From: an uncultured Pelagibacteraceae bacterium
Lineage (GTDB): Bacteria > Pseudomonadota > Alphaproteobacteria > Pelagibacterales > AG-422-B15
Direction: 5' to 3'
Assembly: GCA_902590345.1 (NCBI GenBank)
Contig: CACIWK010000001.1
Coordinates: forward strand, 40,341 to 104,340
DNA: 64,000 bases
Shown here: in pieces, positions 50,891-59,170 of the stretch
Position numbering within the stretch: position 1 is the stretch's first letter
Layout: every line of letters begins with the position of its first letter
Position numbers and translations under genes: made by a program
The notes under the pieces: model-generated
The model's database searches: none
Told to the model about the DNA's origin: nothing
Seen by the model: only the letters and a program-made list of their open reading frames with translations

Positions 50891-52053
50891 TAATCATTAA
50901 GTCTTTCTTCAACAAGTTTAGACCAAAATGATGAACCAATAACAAGAAGCTTGTCGTTAAAATCATAATTTGAAGAATGTAGAGATTGTCCATGCGTTCC
51001 TTCTGTTCCATTTCCAATTAAAATATAGCATCCAGGCTTAACCATTAGCATCTGGGCAAAATCCTCAGAAAATAATTTTGGATCACAATTTCCATCTACT
51101 TTATCCTCTCCAAATAGGTTAGCTGCAACCCTGCTTGCAAAAGCCGCTTGATCTTTAGAATTAATTGTCATGTTTGTTCTTGTGAGGTAGTTAAAATCAT
51201 AATCGACACCATGTGCTTTCGCCGTTCCATCTACAATATCTTTCATGCTGCGTTCAATAATTTGATTGGCTTCTGGTGACAACGCACGTGCATCACCTGA
51301 AATGATAGAATGACCGGGTAGTATATTTTCGTTGCCATCAGATTCAAATTTTGTGACTGAAACAACACCATTCATAGCTGGGTTTAGTTTTCTTGAAACA
51401 ATTGATTGAAGAGCTGTTATTATTTGAGTGCCTACTGTAATAGTATCAACACCCATGTGTGGCAAGGCTGAATGACCTCCCTGACCTCTCAATTCAATTT
51501 TAAATAAACTTTCGCTTGCAGTGATAGTTCCTGCTCTTGTTGCAAAGGTTCCAAGTTCCATACCAGGCAAATTATGAAAAGCATATACCTCATCCATTGG
51601 GAACTTTTCAAACAGCCCATCATCTATCATTGCTTGAGCTCCCTGAGTTTTTTCTTCATCAGGTTGAAAAATAAAATAAACAGTTCCGTTAAAATTTTTT
51701 GTATTACATAGATATTTAGCTGCACCTAGAGCCATTGCTGTATGACCATCGTGACCACACGCATGCATTTTACCTTCGTGATTGGACTTATACGTGCAGT
51801 CATTTTCCTCTGTTACCGGTAATGCATCCATATCTGCACGAATACCAATACTTTTATTACTGTTTCCATTTTTGAGAACAGCAACAATTCCGGTCTTACC
51901 TATGCCTTCATGTACTTCCAGTCCAAAACTCTTTAAAATATTTGCAACTTTTGATGAGGTTATATCTAAGTCAAAATTTAGCTCAGGATGCGCATGAAAA
52001 TCATGACGCCACTCAAGCATTTCCTTCTCATAATTTTGTGTAACTGAATTCAT
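50890..52053 (-). CDS. M20/M40 family amidohydrolase (hippurate hydrolase / N-acyl-amino-acid deacylase type)
   Basis: 387 aa. WRHDFHAHPEL, RADMDALP, MHACGHDGH, and FQPDEE. Confidence 0.8.
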   Translation of the reverse strand: MNSVTQNYEKEMLEWRHDFHAHPELNFDLDITSSKVANILKSFGLEVHEGIGKTGIVAVLKNGNSNKSIGIRADMDALPVTEENDCTYKSNHEGKMHACGHDGHTAMALGAAKYLCNTKNFNGTVYFIFQPDEEKTQGAQAMIDDGLFEKFPMDEVYAFHNLPGMELGTFATRAGTITASESLFKIELRGQGGHSALPHMGVDTITVGTQIITALQSIVSRKLNPAMNGVVSVTKFESDGNENILPGHSIISGDARALSPEANQIIERSMKDIVDGTAKAHGVDYDFNYLTRTNMTINSKDQAAFASRVAANLFGEDKVDGNCDPKLFSEDFAQMLMVKPGCYILIGNGTEGTHGQSLHSSNYDFNDKLLVIGSSFWSKLVEERLND

Positions 52054-52063
52054 ATGAAATAAT

Positions 52064-53206
52064 TTATAATTTTTTTCTTAGCCAGCTGTGAAATCTTTTA
52101 ATTTCATACTCTTCAGGCATTAATGTTCCGTTTTTTCTTGTTGGATTATGTATGCCTTTTTGATTCAGTTCGCAAGCTTCTGCATCTTGTTTCATGACTA
52201 ATACAGCAAAATCAACAACATTTTTCATTGAATATTTTTTATCCTTAAGAGTTTCTTTTCTAAATACCCACTCTGCTGTAACTTCTGTAAGTTCCTCTGA
52301 TAAAGGAAGAATACGAACCATTCTTATATGGTCAGTAAATATTGCTAAAAACATAGAAGGCCAAGTAGTCATGTAAATGTAACCAGGAAAATCGGTTTGA
52401 TTTTCCAAGTACTCTACTCGATGACCTTGTGCGCTTCCATTCATTGACCAAGTTTCAGTACCTTTTTTCATTCCACCTTTATACTTTGGATCATCATAAT
52501 GAGTGAAACGTTTCCAGTTTGGATCATCTTTAATATCTACTAACCTTCTTCCATAAATAGGGACAAGGTCAGATAGTTCAGGATGAAGATTGGGACAATG
52601 TAAACATTCACTATAATTTTCCCAAAATATTTTCCAATTACACTTAATTTGCTTCTTCCAGGTATGACCTATTTTATAGTCACTGACATTGAGTTGAGAA
52701 AAAGCATCGCTGTAATCTGGAAAAACTTTTTTTGCATTCCATTTAGCGTTTTTATTCATGTTAATAAAAACTAACCCATTCCAAACTTTAATTTTTACTT
52801 TTATTAGACAATTTTCATCTTTTCTAAAATTTTTAGGATCAATAATAGATGTAGTTCTAACTAAATTTCCATTGCTGGCGTTATATGACCATTGATGGTA
52901 TGGGCAAACTAGTAAATTTGATTTTAGTTTGCCAGTTTTTTCTTTTTTTAAAATTGAACCTCGATGACTACATGAATTATAAAAAGCATTTATTTCTCCT
53001 TCTTTATCACGAACAATAAGTATATTAAATTTGCTAATTTCAACTGTGTGAAAAGATAAAGGTTTTGAAATAGTATCCACGTGGCAAACATATAGCCACT
53101 CTTTAGACAAAACTTTTGAAATCTCTTTATCAAATTGCTTTTGATTGAAATACCAATGTAAAGGTAGAGATTTTTCAGTTTTTTTTAAAATATATCCTTC
53201 TGACAT
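52064..53206 (-). CDS. Rieske [2Fe-2S] oxygenase alpha subunit, choline-monooxygenase/GbcA-like subgroup
   Basis: 380 aa. Rieske motifs CSHRGS and CPYHQW. Mononuclear-iron region ENYSECLHCPNLHPEL. Confidence 0.8.
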   Translation of the reverse strand: MSEGYILKKTEKSLPLHWYFNQKQFDKEISKVLSKEWLYVCHVDTISKPLSFHTVEISKFNILIVRDKEGEINAFYNSCSHRGSILKKEKTGKLKSNLLVCPYHQWSYNASNGNLVRTTSIIDPKNFRKDENCLIKVKIKVWNGLVFINMNKNAKWNAKKVFPDYSDAFSQLNVSDYKIGHTWKKQIKCNWKIFWENYSECLHCPNLHPELSDLVPIYGRRLVDIKDDPNWKRFTHYDDPKYKGGMKKGTETWSMNGSAQGHRVEYLENQTDFPGYIYMTTWPSMFLAIFTDHIRMVRILPLSEELTEVTAEWVFRKETLKDKKYSMKNVVDFAVLVMKQDAEACELNQKGIHNPTRKNGTLMPEEYEIKRFHSWLRKKL

Positions 53207-53314
53207 GCTTGTAAAAATTTTATACCCTTATATTGTCTATGACTAGATATTATGAGAAAATTATAACTAGAATGGCATGGTCTTCACCAATTTGGATAAA
53301 AAATAAATAAGTGA

Positions 53315-53938
53315 ATGTTACCAAAAGATCTCATCGATAAATATAAAAACTGGAAGGAAAACTCTTTCGCACAAGAAAAAGATCACTTTGAAAGACTTGC
53401 AAGAGAAGGCCAGTCACCTAAATACATGATTATATCGTGCGTAGATTCAAGAGTTGATCCGAATGCTATATTCAAATCAAAAGCTGGTGAAATGCTAGTT
53501 CATAGAAATATTGCTAATATAGTACCACCCTATAGTCAATTAAAGGAACATAGCGGAACAATTGCAGCTATCGAATTTGGTGTAACAGCATTAAATATTA
53601 AAAATATTATTATAATTGGGCACTCAGGATGTGGAGGTATAAAGAATGGGTATCATATGTGTCATGAAAATAATTTTGATGATAACTCATCAATTTCTAA
53701 TTGGCTAAAGTTACTAAAACCAGTGTACGACAACATTTCAAGCGAAGGAAACGATGAGAAAGTTAAGTACATGGAGAAAGAAAGCATTATCGTATCATTA
53801 GAGAATTTAAGTAAGTATCCCTTTATAAATACTGAAGTAAAGTCAGGTGAAATTATGCTTTATGGGGTTTGGAATGAAATTGGAACTGGATCTATAGAGA
53901 CGTATGATTTTGAGAAAAAAAAGTTTGATTTAATTTAA
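53315..53938 (+). CDS. Beta-class carbonic anhydrase
   Basis: 207 aa. Zinc ligands CVDSR and GHSGCGG. Confidence 0.85.
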   Translation: MLPKDLIDKYKNWKENSFAQEKDHFERLAREGQSPKYMIISCVDSRVDPNAIFKSKAGEMLVHRNIANIVPPYSQLKEHSGTIAAIEFGVTALNIKNIIIIGHSGCGGIKNGYHMCHENNFDDNSSISNWLKLLKPVYDNISSEGNDEKVKYMEKESIIVSLENLSKYPFINTEVKSGEIMLYGVWNEIGTGSIETYDFEKKKFDLI

Positions 53939-53939
53939 T

Positions 53940-54587
53940 CTAATTTAATTTAAGAACTTCTGAAGAATATACAGAATTTAAATACTCTGGATGATCAAGT
54001 TTCATTAATATTGAAGGACCATTTAGAGCAGAATCAGGTGTGCGATGAAGTATACCATTGCTACCACCGGTAAATATTGCAATGTTCCATTTATCAATGA
54101 AATGTAATTTACTTTTATCTCTAACGATCTTTTCATTTGGTTCACCTGCCTCATAGGCTAGACGGTCAGCATCCTGATTTTGTATCCATTCTGTACCTTG
54201 TCCAGCATAAGTGACCAAAAGACGTCTTGGTACGTTATCAACATGATAACGTCTACACTCTCGTTTTGTCCCAAGCCAAAAGCAAAGTGTATCAGTTTTT
54301 TCAATCAGTAAGAATGTTCTGCAAACGGTTTCCATATCTGCAAGCCAATAATTATAAAACTCAGTTGAACTTAACTGGTTAGGAATTATTTCCTGGACCA
54401 AATTTTTTAAATCTTCTTTCAAATTAATTGAACTAAGAGTGCCCTCAACTCCAAAGTCATTTTTCATTAATTTTTGAAAGAAAGAACCTGCACCCTCAGG
54501 TTGTTCACGCTCCAATATACCTAATTTATAGTCAGTATCCTTGAATTCTTTTAAAGATTCTAGATTGTCAGCTTTAAATAAGCTCAT
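53940..54587 (-). CDS. DUF1826-like protein, co-oriented downstream of znuA
   Basis: 215 aa. It starts 18 nt after the znuA stop. C-terminal motif GILHRTP. The family assignment is from memory of DUF1826 neighbours of zinc and COG0523 genes and is not verified. Confidence 0.45.
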   Translation of the reverse strand: MSLFKADNLESLKEFKDTDYKLGILEREQPEGAGSFFQKLMKNDFGVEGTLSSINLKEDLKNLVQEIIPNQLSSTEFYNYWLADMETVCRTFLLIEKTDTLCFWLGTKRECRRYHVDNVPRRLLVTYAGQGTEWIQNQDADRLAYEAGEPNEKIVRDKSKLHFIDKWNIAIFTGGSNGILHRTPDSALNGPSILMKLDHPEYLNSVYSSEVLKLN

Positions 54588-54605
54588 GAAAAATATTTTG
54601 TAGAG

Positions 54606-55715
54606 TTAGCAATTTTCAAATGAAGATGCCATGTCACCTATTAGATCAAAATAAAGATCTTTTCCTGGCTCCAATTCAGCTCCTAATGGATCTAAAACGG
54701 CAGACTTTATACCAGTATCACTTGCAATTGTTTCTGCAATACTTGGGTTAAATTGAGGCTCTGAAAATAAACAATTAACACTCTCATGCTCAATTACTTC
54801 TCTTATTTCTGCAAGTTGCTTCGCACCAGGCAACACCTCAGGATTTACAGTAAGAGCACCAATTACTTCAATACCAAATCTCTGCTCAAAATATTGATAG
54901 GCATCATGAAACACAATGTATGTTGCATCACTATTTATTTTTGATCTTGTATTGTCTATTAACTGGTCAAGGTCATTAATAGCATTCGCAGCATTGGATG
55001 AATAAATTGATTTATTGGCAGGATCAATTTCAGATAATTCTTCAGAAGCAATACTTACAATTGTTTTTGCTATTTCTGGATCTAGCCAAAAATGTATATC
55101 GTGCTCACCGTGATGGTGACCGTGATCATCATGTCCTTCGTGTTCATCATGATCGTCATGTCCGTCAGCGTGTTCTTCATGATCGTCGTGACCCTCGTGT
55201 TCGTCATGTTCATCATGTTCGTCGTGTTCGTCGTGTTCGTCGTGTTCGTCATGTTCATCGTGTTCGTCATGTTCGTCGTGTTCGTCGTGTTCGTCGTGTC
55301 CATCAGCATGATCTTCGTGTTCATCATGATCATCGTGGTGATCTTCAAATACGTTTTTTTCTCTAAATTTTAGTAAATCTATCTGATCTGACTCCATTAA
55401 GGTTACTTTTCTGGCATCATTAGCAATTGAGTCTAGAGGGTCTTCTAGAAAAGACTCTAAATCTTCCCCAATCCAAAAAACTACATCAGCTTCTTGTAAC
55501 ATAGTTGCATGAGAAGGCTTTAATTGGAATGTGTGAGGTGAGGCACTACCATCGACTAATAAACTAGGCTTGCCCACTCCGTCCATCACATAGCTAACTA
55601 ACGAATGAACTGGTTTGATTGAAACAACAACTTTTGTTTCTGCATTAGCAAAAGATGAATATGACAGAATTGAAATAATTGATAATAAAAGTCCAAATTT
55701 GAGTTGTAATTTCAT
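54606..55715 (-). CDS. znuA: Zinc ABC transporter periplasmic binding protein with a very long His/Asp/Glu loop
   Basis: I chose the start at MKLQLKFGLLLSIISILSYSSFANA (signal peptide). VVVSIKPVHSLV, SPHTFQLKPS and HFWLDP are cluster A-I SBP motifs. The central loop is about 80 aa of H/D/E including (DEH)x11. Confidence 0.88.
   Translation of the reverse strand: MKLQLKFGLLLSIISILSYSSFANAETKVVVSIKPVHSLVSYVMDGVGKPSLLVDGSASPHTFQLKPSHATMLQEADVVFWIGEDLESFLEDPLDSIANDARKVTLMESDQIDLLKFREKNVFEDHHDDHDEHEDHADGHDEHDEHDEHDEHDEHDEHDEHDEHDEHDEHDEHEGHDDHEEHADGHDDHDEHEGHDDHGHHHGEHDIHFWLDPEIAKTIVSIASEELSEIDPANKSIYSSNAANAINDLDQLIDNTRSKINSDATYIVFHDAYQYFEQRFGIEVIGALTVNPEVLPGAKQLAEIREVIEHESVNCLFSEPQFNPSIAETIASDTGIKSAVLDPLGAELEPGKDLYFDLIGDMASSFENC
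55197..55295 (-). repeat. 11 tandem copies of a 9-bp unit (GAYGAACAY on the coding strand) encoding (Asp-Glu-His)11 inside znuA
   Basis: Top-strand units are RTGTTCRTC, counted one by one from 55197 to 55295. A 12th, degenerate unit follows. Confidence 0.9.
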
Positions 55716-55748
55716 AGATTTATTGCTTTCATGGTTAAATAAATATAG

Positions 55749-55763
55749 TGTTATAATATAACA
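55749..55763. promoter_or_regulatory. Zur-box-like palindrome 1, in the 71-nt znuA / znuC divergent spacer
   Basis: TGTTATAATATAACA is a perfect 15-bp palindrome (TGTTAT-N3-ATAACA). It contains a TATAAT hexamer and matches the core of the published proteobacterial Zur consensus (..ATGTTATAnTATAACAT..). Confidence 0.8.
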
Positions 55764-55786
55764 AAAAAATTTATCAAGCATTATTT

Positions 55787-56536
55787 ATGAACGATAGTGA
55801 AACTCTAATTAGATTGACTAATGCAGGAATTTTTAAAAATAAAAAATGGCTTGTTCGAAATGTTGATTTAGAAATAAAACGAGGGCAAATTGTAACGTTA
55901 ATTGGTCCCAATGGTTCTGGTAAAACGACAACCGCTAAAATAGCTCTAGGTTTATATAAGACTATTAGTGGAAGAGTTGAGAGAAATACAACAAAAATAT
56001 CCTATGTACCCCAAAAAGTGTCGATTGATTGGACATTGCCTTTAAGGGTTGCTGACTTCATGGTTTTAACTCAAAACTTAAAAGTAGATGATATTGATAG
56101 TGCTCTCAATTTAACTGGTGTGCAGCATTTAAAAGATAGCAATCTTAGAGATTTGTCTGGAGGTGAGTTTCAAAGAGTTTTGTTAGCGCGCGCAATAGCA
56201 AAAAAACCTGAGCTCTTAGTTCTTGATGAGCCAGTACAGGGTGTAGATTTTACTGGAGAAGTTGCCTTGTACTCCCTAATAAAAACTATCTCTGAAAATC
56301 TAAACTGTGGGATACTCCTTATCTCTCATGATTTGCATGTGGTAATGTCTGCAACTGACTACGTTGTTTGTTTGAATGGTCATGTATGTTGCTGTGGAAC
56401 GCCAAGAGACGTTGCAGAAAGTAATCCTTATAAACAATTATTTGGAGAGAAATCTGCAAAACTGTTATCGATATATGAACACAACCATGATCATATTCAT
56501 TCATCAGATGGTAATATCATTAAGGAAGTTGAGTAG
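55787..56536 (+). CDS. znuC: Zinc ABC transporter ATP-binding protein
   Basis: 249 aa. GPNGSGKTT, LSGGEFQR, LVLDEP. Confidence 0.88.
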   Translation: MNDSETLIRLTNAGIFKNKKWLVRNVDLEIKRGQIVTLIGPNGSGKTTTAKIALGLYKTISGRVERNTTKISYVPQKVSIDWTLPLRVADFMVLTQNLKVDDIDSALNLTGVQHLKDSNLRDLSGGEFQRVLLARAIAKKPELLVLDEPVQGVDFTGEVALYSLIKTISENLNCGILLISHDLHVVMSATDYVVCLNGHVCCCGTPRDVAESNPYKQLFGEKSAKLLSIYEHNHDHIHSSDGNIIKEVE

Positions 56537-56538
56537 TT

Positions 56539-57336
56539 ATGTTGGATGATTTTATCGTAAGAGCTATAATAGCAGGTATTGGGATTGCCCTTGTTACTGG
56601 ACCGTTAGGTTGTTTTGTGGTTTGGAGGAGATTATCTTTTTTTGGTGACACGTTAGCTCATTCAGCATTACTAGGTGTTTTAATTTCAATAACATTAGAT
56701 ATAAATGTTTCCTTAACTATCTTTGTTGTTGCATCTCTGGTTGCAATACTTTTATTAAGGCTTGAAAGAACAACCAATCTAGCAGGGGACTCACTCCTAG
56801 GCCTGATATCACACTCATCACTAGCGATTGGGTTGGTAATACTTGGTTTTTTATCCTTTATAAGATTTGATGTTATGGGTGTTTTGTTTGGAGATATTCT
56901 CTCAGTTAATTCGAATGACTTGCTAGTAATATGGATTGGAGGGGCTTTGATACTTGTTGTTTTAAGCTATATTTGGAAACCTCTTTTTGCATCAACAGTA
57001 AATTATGAGTTAGCTGAAGCTGAAGGTATGAAGCCAGAAAGAGTAAATGCCATATTCACAATTTTACTTGCAGCCCTGATTGCGATATCTATTAAGATGA
57101 TCGGCGTACTTCTTATAACTGGTTTACTAATTATACCAACTGCAATGGCTCGTAATCTATCTGATAATCCAAGACAAATGGTAATACTATCTATTATTGG
57201 CGGTTTATTATCGGTTTTGATCGGACTGTATGCTTCTTTTGAAATAAACACTTCATCAGGACCATCAATTGTTGTAGTTGCTTTAATTTTATTTATCCTA
57301 TCATTAATGAGAATCAGAAAAAAAAATTATGAATAA
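56539..57336 (+). CDS. znuB: Zinc ABC transporter permease
   Basis: 265 aa. It has 8-9 TM segments and the GCFVVWRRLSFFGDTLAHSAL motif typical of ZnuB and MntB-type permeases. Confidence 0.88.
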   Translation: MLDDFIVRAIIAGIGIALVTGPLGCFVVWRRLSFFGDTLAHSALLGVLISITLDINVSLTIFVVASLVAILLLRLERTTNLAGDSLLGLISHSSLAIGLVILGFLSFIRFDVMGVLFGDILSVNSNDLLVIWIGGALILVVLSYIWKPLFASTVNYELAEAEGMKPERVNAIFTILLAALIAISIKMIGVLLITGLLIIPTAMARNLSDNPRQMVILSIIGGLLSVLIGLYASFEINTSSGPSIVVVALILFILSLMRIRKKNYE

Positions 57337-57748
57337 AAATAGTAAAAAGTTAACAAAAAACCAAAGAATTGTACTCGAGTTCGTACAAAAATCTAACAGA
57401 CCCGTTAAAGCTTACTCTATTCTAAACAATGTCAATAAACGAGGAATCAAAGCCCCACCTCAAGTCTATAGAGCCCTAGAAAAGTTAATAAAAATTGGGG
57501 AAATACATAAAATTGAAAGTCAAAATGCATTTGTTGCTTGCAATTCAAAATGTGTGGAACCGCACGGAACAATTTTTTCAATTTGTAAAAGCTGTGATCA
57601 AATAGATGAGATAAGTGATAAAAAACTTTATAAATATTTGTCTGAAGTAAGAGATATGAATGGTCTTAAATTAAGTGGATATAATTTAGAGTTATTCGGT
57701 ACTTGTAAGACATGTGATCAAAAACATCTTCAAAATACGAATCAATAG
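57329..57748 (+). CDS. zur: Fur-family zinc uptake regulator
   Basis: 139 aa. Winged helix (VYRALEKLIKIGEIHK) and two CxxC pairs (CKSC, CKTC). It overlaps znuB by 8 nt, giving the znuCB-zur arrangement. Confidence 0.8.
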   Translation: MNKNSKKLTKNQRIVLEFVQKSNRPVKAYSILNNVNKRGIKAPPQVYRALEKLIKIGEIHKIESQNAFVACNSKCVEPHGTIFSICKSCDQIDEISDKKLYKYLSEVRDMNGLKLSGYNLELFGTCKTCDQKHLQNTNQ

Positions 57749-57755
57749 ATTATAC

Positions 57756-57774
57756 AATGTTATAAAATAACATT
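57756..57774. promoter_or_regulatory. Zur-box-like palindrome 2, upstream of the DUF2796 gene
   Basis: AATGTTAT-aaa-ATAACATT has 8-bp perfect arms. It lies 8 nt after the zur stop and 59 nt before the next ATG. Confidence 0.78.
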
Positions 57775-57832
57775 TTTCTAGACACACAAAATTTTTTTCA
57801 ATAAAATTTTTTAAATTAAAAAGGGAGCATGG

Positions 57833-58471
57833 ATGAAAAAAAATATTTACTATTCGCTACTAATATCTGCAATGGTATCAGTTTCGGCGGCTGAAGAAAC
57901 AAGACAAGTTGATAAACATGAGCATGGTGTTGGTGAATTAAATATTGCTATTGAAGGAAATGCCATAGATTTTGAATTTTTTATTCCTGGAGCTGATATT
58001 GTAGGTTTTGAATATGAAGCTAAAACTGAGTCTGATATTGCTCTTGTAAATGCAGCTTTAGAAAAATTTGAAAATTTTGATAATATTTTTAGTCTTTCCG
58101 AGTCCTCAAATTGTAATTTAGTAAATTCTGAAATTGGAATCAATCAAGACGATGACCATGATGATCACGATGACCATGATGAGCATGATGAGCACGATGA
58201 CCATGATAATCACGATGACCATGATGAGCACGATGACCATGATGAGCATGATGACCATGATGAGCATGATGAAGAAGCTCATAACGAGTTTGTTGCACAC
58301 TACTCATTTAATTGCGGAAATATAAAAGAAATTGACAGAATTAGCTTTCCATATTTTACTACTTTTCCAAACTCTGGAGAACTTGAGGTACAATTCGTAT
58401 CAGAGATTGGTTCGACAAGTTTTGAAGTGGAGGGAGATGAGCCTTTCATAGACTTAAAAGGAAAAATCTAA
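57833..58471 (+). CDS. DUF2796 / ZrgA-like secreted His-rich metal-binding protein
   Basis: 212 aa. Signal peptide, HEHGVGELNIAIEGNAIDFEFFIPGADIVGFEYE (DUF2796 pattern), and a central run of ~45 aa of D, H and E. Confidence 0.75.
   Translation: MKKNIYYSLLISAMVSVSAAEETRQVDKHEHGVGELNIAIEGNAIDFEFFIPGADIVGFEYEAKTESDIALVNAALEKFENFDNIFSLSESSNCNLVNSEIGINQDDDHDDHDDHDEHDEHDDHDNHDDHDEHDDHDEHDDHDEHDEEAHNEFVAHYSFNCGNIKEIDRISFPYFTTFPNSGELEVQFVSEIGSTSFEVEGDEPFIDLKGKI
58151..58267 (+). repeat. 13 tandem 9-bp units (GAT-GAN-CAY) encoding (Asp-Asp/Glu-His)13
   Basis: Units counted from gatgaccat at 58151 to gatgagcat ending at 58267. Confidence 0.9.
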
Positions 58472-59170
58472 TTGGATGAAAGTATAATTAAAATTGATTC
58501 AGTAAGATTTTATTGGTCAAAAAAAAGTAATTTCAAGATATTTGTTCCAAACCTAGAAATTAAAAAAGGTGAAAAAGTTCTCTTATTGGGAGAAAGCGGC
58601 TCAGGCAAAACCACACTCCTTTCCCTAATGTGTGGTTTTCTTAATCCATTATCTGGAAATATAAGTATTAACGGTAACACTATTAACCAACTTTCATCTA
58701 AAACTAGGGATGAGTATCGTGCTGATAATATAGGAATTATTTTCCAACAATTTAACTTGCTGCCTTATGCGAATGTTGTTGATAATGTTTTACTACCTTT
58801 ATATTTTTCAAAAGTAAGATCAAACAACGTTTCCAACAAAAAAGAAAAGGTAATTGAACTTTTTAAACAATTGAGATTACCAGATGATATTGCACAATTT
58901 AGGGCAAGTAGTTTAAGTATGGGTCAGCAACAAAGAGTGGCAGTGGCTCGGGCACTAATTGGGAACCCATCGCTGATCATTGCTGACGAACCAACTTCCT
59001 CACTTGATGCAGATGCGCAAAAGATTTTTTTAAATTTGATGTTTGAACAAATTTCAGAGAATAACTCTACGTTATTGATGGTTTCACATGATAAATCGCT
59101 CTCTAATCAATTTGATCGATTAATTGACATAAACGAAATACTCATAAGGGAAGATAAGTCATGTTATTAA
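58472..59170 (+). CDS. ABC transporter ATP-binding protein (MacB/LolD-type), ZrgB-like
   Basis: 232 aa, TTG start directly after the preceding stop. GESGSGKTT, LSMGQQQR, IIADEPTS. Confidence 0.8.
   Translation: MDESIIKIDSVRFYWSKKSNFKIFVPNLEIKKGEKVLLLGESGSGKTTLLSLMCGFLNPLSGNISINGNTINQLSSKTRDEYRADNIGIIFQQFNLLPYANVVDNVLLPLYFSKVRSNNVSNKKEKVIELFKQLRLPDDIAQFRASSLSMGQQQRVAVARALIGNPSLIIADEPTSSLDADAQKIFLNLMFEQISENNSTLLMVSHDKSLSNQFDRLIDINEILIREDKSCY

Noticed and set aside
54998-55373. Three long ORFs (122, 88 and 93 aa) overlapping the znuA repeat, and two (60 and 63 aa) at 58118-58325
   Set aside because: They are frame-shifted or antisense readings of the 9-bp (DEH)n arrays, giving poly-RRV, poly-TNT/MTN and poly-VFV peptides. 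They are artefacts of the tandem repeat. The arrays lack unique spacers, so they are not CRISPR.
55716-55781. N-terminal extensions of several track ORFs: znuA to 55781, rsmE to 12293, hydrolase from 8052, lipoprotein to 31712, and the 73-aa ORF to 49668
   Set aside because: Each longer version overlaps the neighbouring gene or the Zur-like box and precedes an internal Met. That Met begins a proper signal peptide, a conserved N-terminus, or follows a Shine-Dalgarno sequence. I used the shorter starts.
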